A stretch of DNA of 64,000 nt from Callorhinchus milii (lineage: Eukaryota), in assembly GCF_018977255.1 (NCBI RefSeq), contig NW_024704742.1, positions 18,664,001 through 18,728,000 on the forward strand, in the 5' to 3' direction. Below, in pieces: positions 1 through 12,063 of the stretch. The notes under the pieces were generated by a model. It was not told the DNA's origin, did no database searches, and worked only from the letters and a program-made list of their open reading frames with translations. Position 1 is the stretch's first letter. The number at the start of each line of letters is the position of its first letter. A program made the translations under genes and the position numbers.

Positions 1-624
1 ATATTTTCCTTGGATCGAGCAGTGATGGATTGGCACCTCTCCCCATAAAATATTATTATTGATTTCAAACTCATGAAACCATTCATTCAGTGTGTCATTT
101 TAGGTCTCATCTGTTTTATAAGTCAGCAGGATGCAAATGGACTGCCCAGGCATTGCTATTTCAAAGGAACCTGCAGCCTTTCTTATGGTTTTCCTGTGTT
201 ATATTCCACTCCTCATCCACAGTTCTCTCCAAATTCAAATCAATTGACTGCTCCTTTTGTTGTTGTTTATGTTACAATTTACTAGTTATGTGTGTTGCAT
301 TGTTTAGGGGGCATCGTTGGTGCAGATTGGCAGCCGTGTGCCTAAATATGAACAATATTCACTTTGTTTCTAATCGACTATATTTTGCAAAGCATTTAGA
401 GATGGTATTTGTCCACGGTGGTTTATAAATATACGTCATCAGTACTAGTTCTTACTCTAAAAATGAATGAACTACCTTGAGATGCCCTTGGCTGATCCTC
501 AGGCAGTGACAATGACTGGAGTAGTTGGGCAGAGCAAAGGGAGAGTCCTGAGGATACTCAGAATATTTATTCACTGAAGGCCTGGTATGTTTTTCAACTA
601 GATCTATAGGTTTAATATATAATG

Positions 625-782
625 ACAACAAAATTACATTTGCAAAGTGCCTTTCACGTCAGAAGGACGTTCCAAGGCTCTGAACAGTCAGGGATCAGGA
701 CCCGGCATGGTGTGTATGGTTGGGATGAGGGAAGGCAGAGAGGTAGGATATAATGCAGTTTTAAAGAAGAGTAATTTGAAAC
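625..782 (-). mobile_element. L2 LINE 3' end fragment
   Basis: Reverse complement carries the L2 3' tail (ttggaacgtccttctgacgtgaaaggcac...gtaattttgttgt), also seen at 2803-2872. Confidence 0.7.
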
Positions 783-2199
783 AAATGCATGATCCCTGAA
801 CCCTCCTTTTCCCTTTAAGAACAAAAAAGGTGCAGTAATCCACAGATTTAAAATAAACTATTTTCACATTAAAAATGTACAACAGCAGAATGAATGAGCC
901 GTCAGTTCAGGTGACTGGATTATCTCAGTTAAAGAACTCTTAACAGAAAAACTGTCAATTGTTTTTCTTTCATAATCCAGACTTTTAACAGTCCAGCCCT
1001 TATTCTTGGGTATTTATTCCTGAGTTTCCGTAGTTACTAAAAGCTAAATGTCATACTATGAACACTTTGCAACACAGATATATATCACATTGACCCCTGA
1101 ATTTGCCTTCCTAAAAGTACCTTTTTTTTAACAATCTTAATTGCTAATTTGCTGAATTTATTCCTTTTAAGTATTTACTGGATTATGAGTTCCTGTGCAC
1201 ATTTTCTCATCTTTTGAATCTAAACGATTAATTCAATGAACTTCTAGAATGACCAATGTTATTATTATGAGTTGTAGAAATTATATAAATGTGTATTTTT
1301 GGTAGTAAAGTCTGTCCTGATTTACCCCAGAGCAACTGTTCACTCATTAAATTACTATCTTAGAGTTTTTAAACCACTTTTAGGAAATAATTTTTATTTA
1401 TTTTAAGGAACATTTATTTAAATTAAACTCCTCGGACTTGGGTCGAGTTCAGTGTATTCCTGTTTGCAAGAACGTAAATTCCAAAATGTGGTGCCAAAGT
1501 TAATTGATGCCTTATTTGGTAATATTCAACATAAGTACTTGTACTGCATTTGGATATGAATTACAGAAAACCAGGTTTCAATGCTTTGTTGCCTGAACTC
1601 TCCTGTGATGTTCTGAATGTGTTCTTACATTTATTGTAAGTCTCCCGGTAATTATCATATCAGGTACCACATATTTCCCTCCTTGGGGTATGCATGACAG
1701 AGATCGAGCGAAACAGGTTTGACAGGCTGAATGTCCTATTCTGGTTCCTGTGTTCCTATCACCTGGCTTTGTGCCACTTTGTGGAATTGTCCCAAGTTTG
1801 CAGTTAGCTGAGTGCACAATGATACCACACTCAGGAATAATACTCTCCATTGCAGAGAAATGGTGTTTGATGGTGGCAGGTGCAAACAGAGGGAATGAAT
1901 TGAGGGTCATAAGGAAACGCATCCATGAAAGAAGTATGATTTTACAATGGCTCTTGTGACGTTTTTGTTCAGTAGAAGGTGGGTATCCTACTAAGTGGTT
2001 ATCGAATAATGCGATCGAGTGGTCGTCAATCCAGAGATATCACCATTGAGAATAACATTGGGGGATGGGTAAACATTCTCAATGGCACATCCAGGGATGA
2101 ATAGCAAATGATATACTGAATCTGACCCCAGTTTCACAAATGGAACAACTGAAGTCATTAAAGCGATGGAATATGAGGAATGACTAGATAAGGCAGACA

Positions 2200-2725
2200 T
2201 TGCCATAGATTTGGAGGGCTTTTGCCCTCAATAAGGATATCTCTGAAGGAACTTCACAGTTCATATAATTTGTTGGAAGAGATTGAAAAAGTAAATCCAG
2301 AAGATGATTTTATGATGTACCTAAGCAGCAGGATAAGAGGACACACTGAAATTAAACCCAGCAAAAATATACAGTCAATTCACGTTACAGCCTATTCTGT
2401 GAAGTGTTTTGAGATGCCTAGAAGATGTGATGAGGCACTATATCAAATGCAAGGATTATTATTATTATTATTATTACTAAGGAGACACCAGAATAGTAGA
2501 ACAAGAGAACATATGTTTAAGAGTACAAAGGGCAATTTCAGGACAGATACAAAGAAATGTTTCTTTATCCAGAGGGTAATTAAAAACTGGAACAGATTAC
2601 CAGTGAGGTGGCTGAAGCCAGGACAGTGGACTCATTTAAAAAGTAGCTTGAATACTGCATTGGGAGGCCAGCAGGCTATGTATTCTGGAAGGATGAGATT
2701 AGATGGGCCAGAGGACTTTATTGTG
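2200..2725 (+). mobile_element. CR1 LINE 3' fragment (ORF2 C-terminus), interrupted by a SINE tail
   Basis: Translation RTREHMFKSTKGNFRTDTKKCFFIQRVIKNWNRLP matches the CR1 ORF2 C-terminal motif (TRGH..K...FF.QRV...WN.LP); followed by gatgggcc-type 3' UTR. Confidence 0.8.
2357..2476 (+). mobile_element. SINE 3' fragment with (TAT)n tail, inserted in CR1
   Basis: atatacagtcaattcac...tatcaaatgcaaggattattatt matches the 3' end of full SINE copies. Confidence 0.85.
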
Positions 2726-2802
2726 TGGAAGGAAATTTCAGGAGAAATAACAGGAAGTATTATTTTCTTAGATAATCAATGTTTGTAATTGGTCACTAGA
2801 TC

Positions 2803-3370
2803 AACAACAACAACAACAACAAGATTCCATTTATAAAGCGCCTTTCACGTCAGGAGGACGTCCCAAAGCGCTGCACAGTTGGGTCATGACCCGAGCAGGG
2901 GGGAAATGGTCAGGGTGAGGGGAGGGAAGGGAGGGAGCGAGGAGGGGGAAATGGTCAGGGTGAGGGGAGGGAAGGGAGGGAGCGAGGAGGGGAAGAGAGT
3001 CAAGAGGGGAGCTGAAGGCACGGTCAAAGAGAAAGGTTTTGAGACCGGCCTTGAAGGAGGAAAGGGAGGAAGCAAGGCGAAGGCACTGGGGGATGGAGTT
3101 CCAGAGCCTGGGGGCTGAGAGGCTGAAGGCCCGACCACCGATGGTAGGGCGGTTGGGGTGGGGGACGTGGAGCAGACCAGAGCCAGAGGAACGGAGGGTA
3201 CGGGCAGGTAGGTAGGGGGATAGTAGGTTGGAGAGGTAGGAGGGAGCAAGGCCGTGAATGGCCTTGTAGGTGAGGATGAGGATCTTGAAATCAATCCTCT
3301 GGGGGATGGGGAGCCAGTGGAGGCGAGCGAGGGTGGGAGTGATGTGGTCCCGAAGCCTGGTGCGGGACAG
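2803..3370 (-). mobile_element. L2 LINE 3' fragment, relatively young, with (TTG)n tail
   Basis: Minus strand encodes LHWLPIPQRIDFKILILTYKAIHGLAPSYLSNLL...GGRAFSLSAPRLWNSIP (L2 ORF2 C-terminus); pyrimidine-rich 3' UTR, stem-loop and (TTG)n tail. Confidence 0.93.
2897..2992. repeat. 45-bp tandem duplication in the L2 3' UTR
   Basis: gggaaatggtcagggtgaggggagggaagggagggagcgaggagg occurs at 2901 and again at 2946. Confidence 0.9.
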
Positions 3371-4939
3371 TACACGAATACTGCAGAGAATAGATCAGTT
3401 AATAAAGTCAGAGAAGACAGTATTTTGGAAGAATTAGATTAAATAGGCCAAAGGCTTTTCATGGAATCATAGAATTTTACAGCACATGAGAAGGTAATTC
3501 GGCCCATCTTGTCTTTGTCAGCAATCTGTATCTCTCTTGTGATTTTGTAACCTTTGTCCTACTAATGAATGTGACTAATTGTGAGGTGAATGCAATCTTT
3601 AAGTGCTTTGCATTTTTCACCTCTACTAAGCCAGCCAATACAGGGATTAAACAAATACCACAAGAGTATACACTTCATTGCCAAGCTGTCAAAACACATT
3701 TCCAGGCCCGAGGATGAGTAAAGATGCCATTTTACAGTGAAGGCACAACTGTTTACTTTCAGACAACCCGGTCCAAATATGTGACTGAGAAGCTTTCACC
3801 TCCAGCAGCCAAGGGTATAGTTTTTCAGCTACTTCAAAAGATGGTCTGATACAAGGCTTGCAAATAACATCTCTCCTCTGTGTGCTATTTCTGTCAAAGT
3901 GAGATATGACTGATCAGTTAACAAGAAGGAACAGCTCAGATATTTATACAGCTGTATCCAGGCAACAGAGCTTCCTATCGGAAAACCATCCTCACTTTAA
4001 ATGTTAGACTTGTAGAATGAACTCCTTTGATAAAAAAATGAATACAATTAAGAAATGACTCTTTTAAAGCTCTAAATTGTTCTGCAATGTGCAATCTGGT
4101 TTATGTAATTAGTTTTGAGCGATGGCATTGGAAATTAAATTACTGTATTGTTCCGAACACAAAGCAAGATTTTTCCCCCTAAATTATAGTTTGCAAACTG
4201 CTACTAGCCTATATTTGTACAATAAAAAACTGCAGGGCTGCAAGCAAATATATCCGGCTGCGCACATATGGAGAATTATGAAATTGTGTTTGACATTTGT
4301 AGGGACCCTGTTATTCCCTCCACAATTCGCCTCATATATGGACCTAACAACAGCTTGCTCATGAATGCTATTTCACAATTCTCACTTAATTTATTTTGTC
4401 GATAGCTTGAGGGTAAGTGTGTATTAATAGCAAACAGTGGAGAAGAGGAGAAAATTAGAAAGAGAGAGAGAAAGTGATAGAAAATTAGAGATTCTCAGAA
4501 AGAGAGAGACAAAGAAATAATAATTGTAATGATTCTTGCATTTGTTATAGTATCTTATGCCAAAGTGTCTCAAAGTAGTCACAGAGTGTAGTGACTGTTT
4601 ATTTGTAGTGAGTATGGCAGTCAGTTTCACCGTAATGCCCATTTGTCCAAAATAATTGTATGAAATTGGACAAGGATATCTGTGAATGGATGTAAAATGT
4701 AAAATGGATTGAACTGGGATAGGTGAGAAAATGATTAAAATATACAGTGTAGAGTATTCATGAGAGGTATACTGTCAGGTTCAAGGAACTGTTGAGTGGA
4801 ATACAAAATAAGTTATTAGTTTACATAATGATCTGGATTTTTTTTTGGTCACATTTGACACATATGGAATCCCATCACCATGCTTAAGAGTATCGAAACC
4901 AAACTGTGTATCCCACCTACACAAGGAAAGTTCAGAGAT

Positions 4940-5390
4940 ATTTATTGGAATGGAATGCACACTCTCTCACTGGAGCGACACATCCTGCTTACCTAATTCT
5001 GGGGAGTATCAGGCGTAGTTTGGCAAGAGCAAAGGCTTGAGAACCCCAAAGTGTGTGTTGGGATACTACCGGAGTCTAACCAGCTAAAACCATATAGTTT
5101 GACATTGAAAGTGGTGCCTGGCAAGCTCTCCTGCTGCTTGTTAGGACCATCCTACCCTTTAGGGCTTTGGTTTGCAGGGATAACAGGAGCTGAGTTGGAA
5201 GTGTCCCTGCCCCCAGTGACTGGACTGCCCTTCCAAGGCCTGCCAATGACCCAGGCTGACTGGGCAGTCATCAGCCATGCCCTGGTGTATTGTGGACCTG
5301 CCTGGCTCAGGAACTGGGCTAACAAGATCACCACAGAGGATTGGCTCGATTCTGACATTATGTTCCCAAACATATCACCTTAGAACCAAT
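4940..5390 (+). repeat. Unclassified interspersed repeat, copy 1
   Basis: Aligns by eye with 31160-31330 and 31790-32230 (e.g. gccccagtgactg...tattgtggacctg...caggaactgg...ttggctc.attctga). Confidence 0.7.
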
Positions 5391-5479
5391 TCAATTCTCA
5401 AGGTACAAGTCCAATATATAGGAATCTTATTCCAGGTCCTCATGTGAGGGCTTTGGCAAATAGAAGTGTTTGGTTTAAT

Positions 5480-6335
5480 ACAATGACCTGGATACTAAAA
5501 ACTAACTGCAAACTGGTCAAATCTGCTGACAATACAAAACAAGGAAACACTGGAGCCAGAATGAAGCAAATGGATCAATTGTACAATTGGGAAGACATAT
5601 AAGAAAATAAATTTAACACATAAATGTGAAGTGTTGTAGAAAGGTCAACAAAATGCAAAATGCAACCGCACAATGAATGAAATTGAATTGGAGCAAAATA
5701 GATTTAGAAAGACTTGGGAGAAACGGAAGACAAATCACTTTGGTGAAGCAATTAAAAACGGTAATAGAAATCTGGGATTTATAGTCAGAGCAATATAAGA
5801 TTTGTTGAGGCTTTATAATGTTATGTTCAAATTACCACAAGAATACTGTGTTCATTTTTTCTCACCAATGTCACAACAGAGAAAAAGAACAACAAGACTG
5901 ATTCAAAATGTGAGAAGGATAACCAATGAAGAAAGACTGGAGAAGGTTAAGATTTGCTGTTTAGAAAAAAGGCAGCTAAAAGAGGATCTCGTCACAGTCT
6001 GTAAAATAGTGTAATATAATCCTTGTATTTGATATAGCGCCTAATCATGTCGTTGAGACATCTCAAAGCGCTTCACAGAATATATTGTAAAGTAGATTGA
6101 CTGTGTATTTTGTGGACAAAACGCAACATCCAAATGCGCACATTAAATGGTGTATATATAAGGTAAGCCCCATCCATTACTTCAAATTAAGCTGACAGGA
6201 GGAGAGGACATTATGAAAATTATTGAAAAATACATTTACAACAGGCATAAGGAATTCACTCAAAAGCAATCAATGTTTTAACTGAACAAATGAATAGAAT
6301 TAAAACCACTGGGGTGCAAGAAAGTAATTTTAGAG
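5480..6335 (+). mobile_element. Degenerate CR1 LINE fragment, interrupted by a SINE at ~6014-6142
   Basis: LRLYNVMFKLPQEYCVHFFSP...RTTRLI..VRRITNEERLEK...LEKRQLKEDLVTVCKI is a decayed CR1 ORF2 C-terminal region; ctgacaatacaaaac upstream resembles the FADDTK motif. Confidence 0.75.
6014..6142 (-). mobile_element. SINE 3' fragment
   Basis: Reverse complement of the SINE tail (taatccttg.atttgatatagcgcc...caaagcgcttcacagaata). Confidence 0.85.
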
Positions 6336-6364
6336 TTCTTATAATTTTATAAAATTATGTTAAA

Positions 6365-7415
6365 CAAATTACACTTGCATAGCATCCTTCATTTTGGAAA
6401 GACGTCCCAGGGTGCTGGACAATCAGGGGTTTTGGACCCAAGCTGGGAGTTGGGGTCAGAAGAGGAGGAGGGCATGTGTGGTGTGGGTGGGAGGGTGTTT
6501 GAAGGCATGGTCGAAGAAAAAGGTCTTCAAACGGGACTTAAAGGAGGCAAGAGAGGGGGTGAGGCAGAGGGATAGAGCTCCAGAGTGTGGGGACAAAGAT
6601 ACTGAATGCTCAACCGTCAATGGTGGGGCGGAAAGTGCAGGGGACCTGAAGCAGGCCAATGTCTGCCAAGCGGAAGGAGCGGATAGACCGATATGGGGTT
6701 ATGAGGTCAGAGAGATAGGGAGCAAGACTATGGAGGGCCTTGAAGATAAGAACAAGGGTTTTATACTTGATTCTCTGAGGAATGAGGAGCCAGTGAAGCC
6801 GAGCAAGAACGGGGTTGATAGGTTCCCAGAGCCTGGTGCGGGAGAGGACAAGCTGCAAGCTGCAGAGTTCTGAATAATAATAATAATAATAATCCTTGCA
6901 TTTGATACAGTGCTTTTTACGTCTTCTAGGCTAATAATAATTATAATTATTAATAATTAGAGGACACAAGCTGCAGAGTTCTGAATAATAATAATAATAA
7001 TAATCTGCTGGTTGTAGAGGGAAGAGTTGGGAAGTCCAGTGAGCAGGGAATTGGTGCAGTCAAGGCGGACCATAATGAAAGCGTGGATCAGGGTCTTCGC
7101 GGCCTGCAGTGAGAGGCAGTGGTGGAGGCAGGTACTGTACGGAGGTGTGGAAAGGCGGAACAGGTCATGGCACGAATGTGGATTTGAAGGATAGCTGAGG
7201 GTCGAAAAGGACACCGAGGTTTCATATTGGCTCAGTGAGGTGAAGAGTGCAGCCATGAATGGTGATTGTATCAGCGGCTGAGGTGAGGTGGTGCTGCCGG
7301 GAGCCAAGCAGGAGAGCCTCTGTCTTGCAATACTGAACTGCAGGAAGTTGGCTCTCGTCCAGGACTTGATGTCAGATCGACAATTAGCCAGGACATGAGC
7401 AGTCCTGGAGTCAAG
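6365..7415 (-). mobile_element. L2 LINE 3' fragment (~1 kb) with internal SINE-tail insertion
   Basis: Minus-strand peptides AAKTLIHAFIMVRLDCTNSLLTGLP, IQNSAACVL and LARLHWLLIPQRIKYKTLVLIFKALHSLAPYLSDL are L2 ORF2. Confidence 0.92.
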
Positions 7416-8600
7416 GGTGGTGGTACTTTACATTATAAAATGTAAACATTATTACAATATGAAATGTACCCCAAAAACAGTGATAACACGTTTTTTAAAA
7501 TTTTCACCTAGACACAATATGCTCCAATCTCTCAGGCCCTATGTTACAACTAAGCACAAAAACAATCATCAGTTTGTCACTGAAATCACTTCCTGCACTT
7601 TGACGTTATAGCTGGCTTCCTGCGCTAAACAAGGACAACTTCCAAGTTATCAGGTTGTCAATTCCTTCAGGAGGTTATAATGATAGCAATCTTTTACCAT
7701 TTGGGAAGCCATCTAGTTCCATGTGATTAAGCTAACCAATGATCACAATGCACTCGCCTCAGCTTTGTATATTTTGTCGCACTAGTTTAATTCAGACTGA
7801 ATCACAACTATGAAATTTTATACAGTGTTTAATACTAGTATGCAAGTATCAGTTCAAGTCACATTTGAGAACTCAAGTAAGCATTTGAGCAAAAACAAAT
7901 ACAACAACCCCACAATATTTTCCTTCACACCTATATACACTGATGGACGCAAATGCTCTCCTAAATAGGGTTCTGTCTCCAATAACTTCAGGAGCCCTGG
8001 TAGTGAAGTCTCAATATTCCATCATTTCTTCAGTTAACAGGCCTATTTCCCCTTCTGCAGTGACCCTCTGCCCTATCAATACATTTTATAATTATGCCAA
8101 GTTAAGTTTAGCATGTATTCAGAGAGATCTCACCACTAAGCTACAATCACAGGAATCAACCATTTCACCAACTGTTTATAAGCAGGAAATATGTAAGGAT
8201 TCAATGAGCGGCATATTAATGTTTATTGGATCATTTCAAAGTCTGTTAAAATAACAGAACAGATATGCAAAATTCACACTTCAAAAATTCCAGCTTGAAC
8301 AGATGTTGTATCGGTTTGCTCATAACCTTTCCTGGTGGCCAAATGACATTTCAGAACTCCAATACAATTCGTGAAAATTTTTGTAAATAACTAAATGAAT
8401 CTTGTTACAGAAAACTCTGAGACTTCCCTTTCACTGTCCCGGAAGGACGTGGTGACAGAACTGAGTTCCCTCAAGCCAGCATGACCCACACCTGGCTACC
8501 TGCAGGATTCAATATTTATGAATGATTTTCTGAATCCTCCCACCACCCTTCCCAGGTGGATAATTATTAGTTGATCATTTACCATCCGCTCAGTGATTAG

Positions 8601-8880
8601 GGGCAAGTTTCCTCACTCCACACACCTCTGTTTACCTGGTTTTAAGTAGGAACCCGATTGTTAGTCAATTGGCAGATCGCTTTTCCGGAGGTAATAATTC
8701 CTTAAAAAAAATAATGAATTGGTCACTCCAATTTACGACTGTTTTTGGGACGCTGCTGTGCACAATTGGCTGCCACATTTTGCCCACAAAATACAGTCAC
8801 TCCACTTTACCGTATATCATGTGAAGCACTTTGAGATGGGTTGACGATGTTTTGAGGCGCTATAGGATTATTATTATTGT
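8601..8880 (+). mobile_element. SINE form B, 5'-truncated
   Basis: gggcaagtttcctcactccacacacctctgtttacc... plus the shared 3' half and tail. Confidence 0.9.
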
Positions 8881-8977
8881 TATCTTCCTGTAAACAGCTT
8901 GGACACACATCTTTTAACAAAAACAGAAGTCACTGGGAACACTCAGCAGATCAGGCAGCATCTGTCGAGAAAGGAAA

Positions 8978-9020
8978 GTGAGTCAACGTTTTAGGTCTAC
9001 GACAATTCATCAGAACTGGG
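8978..9020 (-). ncRNA. Degenerate minimal hammerhead ribozyme motif, probably inactive
   Basis: Minus strand AGTT-CTGATGA-ATTGTCGTAGACCT-AAAAC-GTT-GACT: CUGAUGA box, partial stem II (GTC/GAC), GAAAC box changed to AAAAC, palindromic AACGTT, stem I AGTT/GACT. Confidence 0.55.
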
Positions 9021-9094
9021 GCATGCTGAGAGGGAAAGACTTTTAAGGGCTAACAGAGAGGTGGGAGGCAGGAAGACGATGTAGAAAATGGGGT

Positions 9095-9181
9095 AGATCG
9101 CTTTTCCGGAGGTAATAATTCCTTAAAAAAAATAATGAATTGGTCACTCCAATTCACGACTGTTTTTGGGACACTGCTGTG
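9095..9181 (+). repeat. 87-bp local copy of the SINE-B internal segment 8674-8760
   Basis: Identical to 8674-8760 except for 2 substitutions. Confidence 0.9.
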
Positions 9182-11094
9182 ATGTGTTAAAGATGTGTTA
9201 ATGATGCAAAACAAAGTGGGGGATTGCAACAAAACAGAGGAATAGAGGTGTTAATAATGCAAAACAAAGGGGGGAAGTTGCAACAAAATAGGCAGACCAG
9301 AGAGAGAAAAGTTGTGTCTGGGACCCAGATGATGTGGTAATGGTCACAGAAGAAGGGGAGGGGAAGATGAGCTGTTATGGCCTGAAATTGTTGAAATCAA
9401 TATTGAGGCCAAAGGGCTGTAAGGTCCCTAGCAGATAGATGAGGTGCTGTTCCTCAAACTTGCCCTGTAGCTCACATCCTTTAGTTTCTTTTATGAAATA
9501 CCCACCTTCACAAAACTGAAAATGCTCACTTCTTCTTCGGTCGCACCATGTACTGTGTGTGCTGCTTTATCTTGTATCTCTGTCCACTACATGTCAATGT
9601 TCTTACCTTCTGCATAAGATACTAAACTAAAAAAACATTTTAATTAATAAATAGTAAATTTAATAAATTAAATTTTAAATCATAAAAAAATGTTAAATGC
9701 ATAAGATATTTTCATGATTGGAGCTTTCCTTACAACTAAAATGGATCCAGGTTGGAAATGTCAGTCAATAACTGCTCAATTACTTATGTGGTTCTCTGCC
9801 TTTACAGAAAAATCAGAGAAGGTATTGTACTCAACCCTATACTATTGCCCTGAATAATTCCAGACCCACTATTCTATTCTTCTTCAAAATGCCAGACTAA
9901 TGCTCTGTAGAAGAAAGCAATGCAAGTGAATGCAGGCTCAGGCAAATGGGAGATGTCACTCACAGGATAGCTCAAGCATGAAAATTGGTCACTGTTGCTT
10001 TGCTAGGATTACCGGGATAACTAGCTCAGAAAGTAATTGTACCTTTCAGTCTGCTGCCTTTGCCTACGCAAGTAGCGGGAACAGAAAAATATCTAACACT
10101 AAATGTTAGATTGTTCCTCGACATTTCAGACAGCAGAACCTTGGAAAATATCATTTATCTGTCTGACGTATAAATATTACAGTCTCTGTATCGCTTCTAT
10201 CTTTTATAGAACTTTTCATTTAATCTTACCACACAAGCATTTAGCTTGGTGATTTTTCCAGCATAATATGTTCTTTTTGTTCTGCTGGTTCCAGTCAGAC
10301 TAATGGATTAAATCCATCTGTTGAATTAATGAAATGTCAGGCTTTTATGGCCATTTTTCAGCAGTTTTTGTAACATAATCCTGTGGAATTTATTGATATG
10401 CATTACACAGTTTTAAAGGAATTTAGTTGGAATGAGGTAATCTCTCAGGGTTTGTAGAGGCAATGCCCAGTTCGCATATATCAGTTTTAGACCCATCTCG
10501 GTTTGCAGCACATCAGCTCAGTGTTTAATACAATGACAGGTGATCATCGCCTTCTTTTTTTAATTAAAAAAATGCAATGGCATCTGCAGTAATCTAATAT
10601 TTTAGCAGAGTTAAATTGATAAGACTGTCTTTCTTGAGAAAAAATGACTAAATTTATAAATTATTGTGTATTTACAAAGAGAGCACTATAGTTGTTTCAA
10701 TCAATTTTCTTCCGTACTTGCTGGGATTGTTTAATGGGTCTGCTTTCTTCTCTTCTAACTCACCCAAGTGTCAGTTCTTTCATGTGTGAGACTAAACAGT
10801 AAATGTTGGCAGGTTATTCAGACTACGAGGCATCGCAATGGAGCTCAATTCTACCATTAACCAAAAATCACATACACACTCTCTCCAATAAGAGTCGCTC
10901 TCTGGATAGTAATTCGAAACAGGAACATATTTTTTCTTCCCTAGCTTCTGGTTTGGAAAGCTTAGTGATAAATGAGATGGCTTTTATCCATGAGAGCTCT
11001 TTCTTATTTGTTTTAAAATGGTCTGTTGAAAATGGAATTTATATCTAAAGTTCGATTCCTCTTCGACCCACTGCCTGCACTTTATTTCCTCCTA

Positions 11095-11520
11095 CAATTT
11101 GTCCTCCTGCACTGACATGGGCCCTACTGTATACCTCAGGGCTCTATCCTCAGCCACATCCTTTTCTCCATCAACATGTTATATGGAGGTAATATCATCC
11201 TCAAATAGATGGATCACTTTTACAATTATGCAGATGAGACCCAAATCTATTTTTTTCCCTCTAGTTGTAATCCCAAGTCCACTGATGTTCTGTCCACCTG
11301 CTTGTCAGACATCAAGGCCTAGATGAGCACCAACATTCTGCAATTAAATATGGGCAAGGTTAAATATGTAATTAAATATGGAGAAAGCCTTCCTCTTTGT
11401 CTCCTGTCAATGTCTTATCACCAACGACACCGATCTCCTCAACCGCCTTGGATTATCCCTCAAACTCACCAAACCTGTGTTTAATTTTAGCATCTTGTTT
11501 GATCCCCAGCTATCATTCTA
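11095..11520 (+). mobile_element. Old L2 LINE reverse-transcriptase fragment
   Basis: tatgcagatgagacccaaatctat = YADETQIY (decayed YADD motif); continues with CLSDIKA*MSTNILQLNMGK-type L2 sequence. Confidence 0.75.
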
Positions 11521-11859
11521 GACAAAGCTCATATATTGTACTAGTTAAGCAACAGTTCTCCAAGTGAAGGCTTTCAAACTCATTGATCTTTTATTTCCTA
11601 AGTTACCCCGGCCAGACATCCAGCATAAGGAAAGGCTTCAATAGCAATGTTATTGTCTTCATCGCTGTGTAAATTGGCTGCACCTACACAGTCACCATTC
11701 TTTACAATATATCCTGTGAAATATTTTGTGACATCCTCCTGCAATGAAAGGTGCTATATCAAATGTAAATTATGTTATTATTATTCTAGATGAGAAGAGT
11801 GTTATGCATGTCATAAAATCATGACCTGTAGGGGCTGTTGACCTTCTTATCCTCTAACA

Positions 11860-12063
11860 CAGGGTGGTCCAACTGGAGGCCCACTGCCCAGGTTCATCCC
11901 CCGCACCCTCCATTTCTTCTGGCCCACGGGCTCCCTCCATAACTCGGAAATGTTATGTAATGTTTCTGGAAGGGAAACACAAAAATATGGTTTATGCGGT
12001 TCGCAGACATCTCTCAAATAGGGCATTCAGCCCTCAGCGGCCAAAAGGTTTGCACAATCCCCC
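11860..12063. mobile_element. Degenerate hAT-type non-autonomous DNA transposon (MITE)
   Basis: Left end cagggtggtccaactggaggccc and right end gccctcagcggccaaaaggtttgcacaatcccc resemble CAGGGGTGTCCAA...TTTGGACACCCCTG hAT ends. Confidence 0.5.

Larger units (their letters stand above)
8915..9475 (-). mobile_element. Penelope-like element relic (GIY-YIG C-terminus plus pLTR-like end)
   Basis: Minus strand ~9380-9462 reads KFEEQHLIYLLGTLQPFGLNIDFNNFR, the end of the Penelope/Neptune GIY-YIG ORF; 8915-9020 resembles the Penelope-type terminus I recall from shark genomes. Confidence 0.8.

Noticed and set aside
1578..2206. Minus-strand ORFs of 114 and 71 aa
   Set aside because: No recognisable domain or clear splice signals; part resembles a decayed CR1-type 3' UTR (taggaacacaggaaccagaataggacattcagcc)
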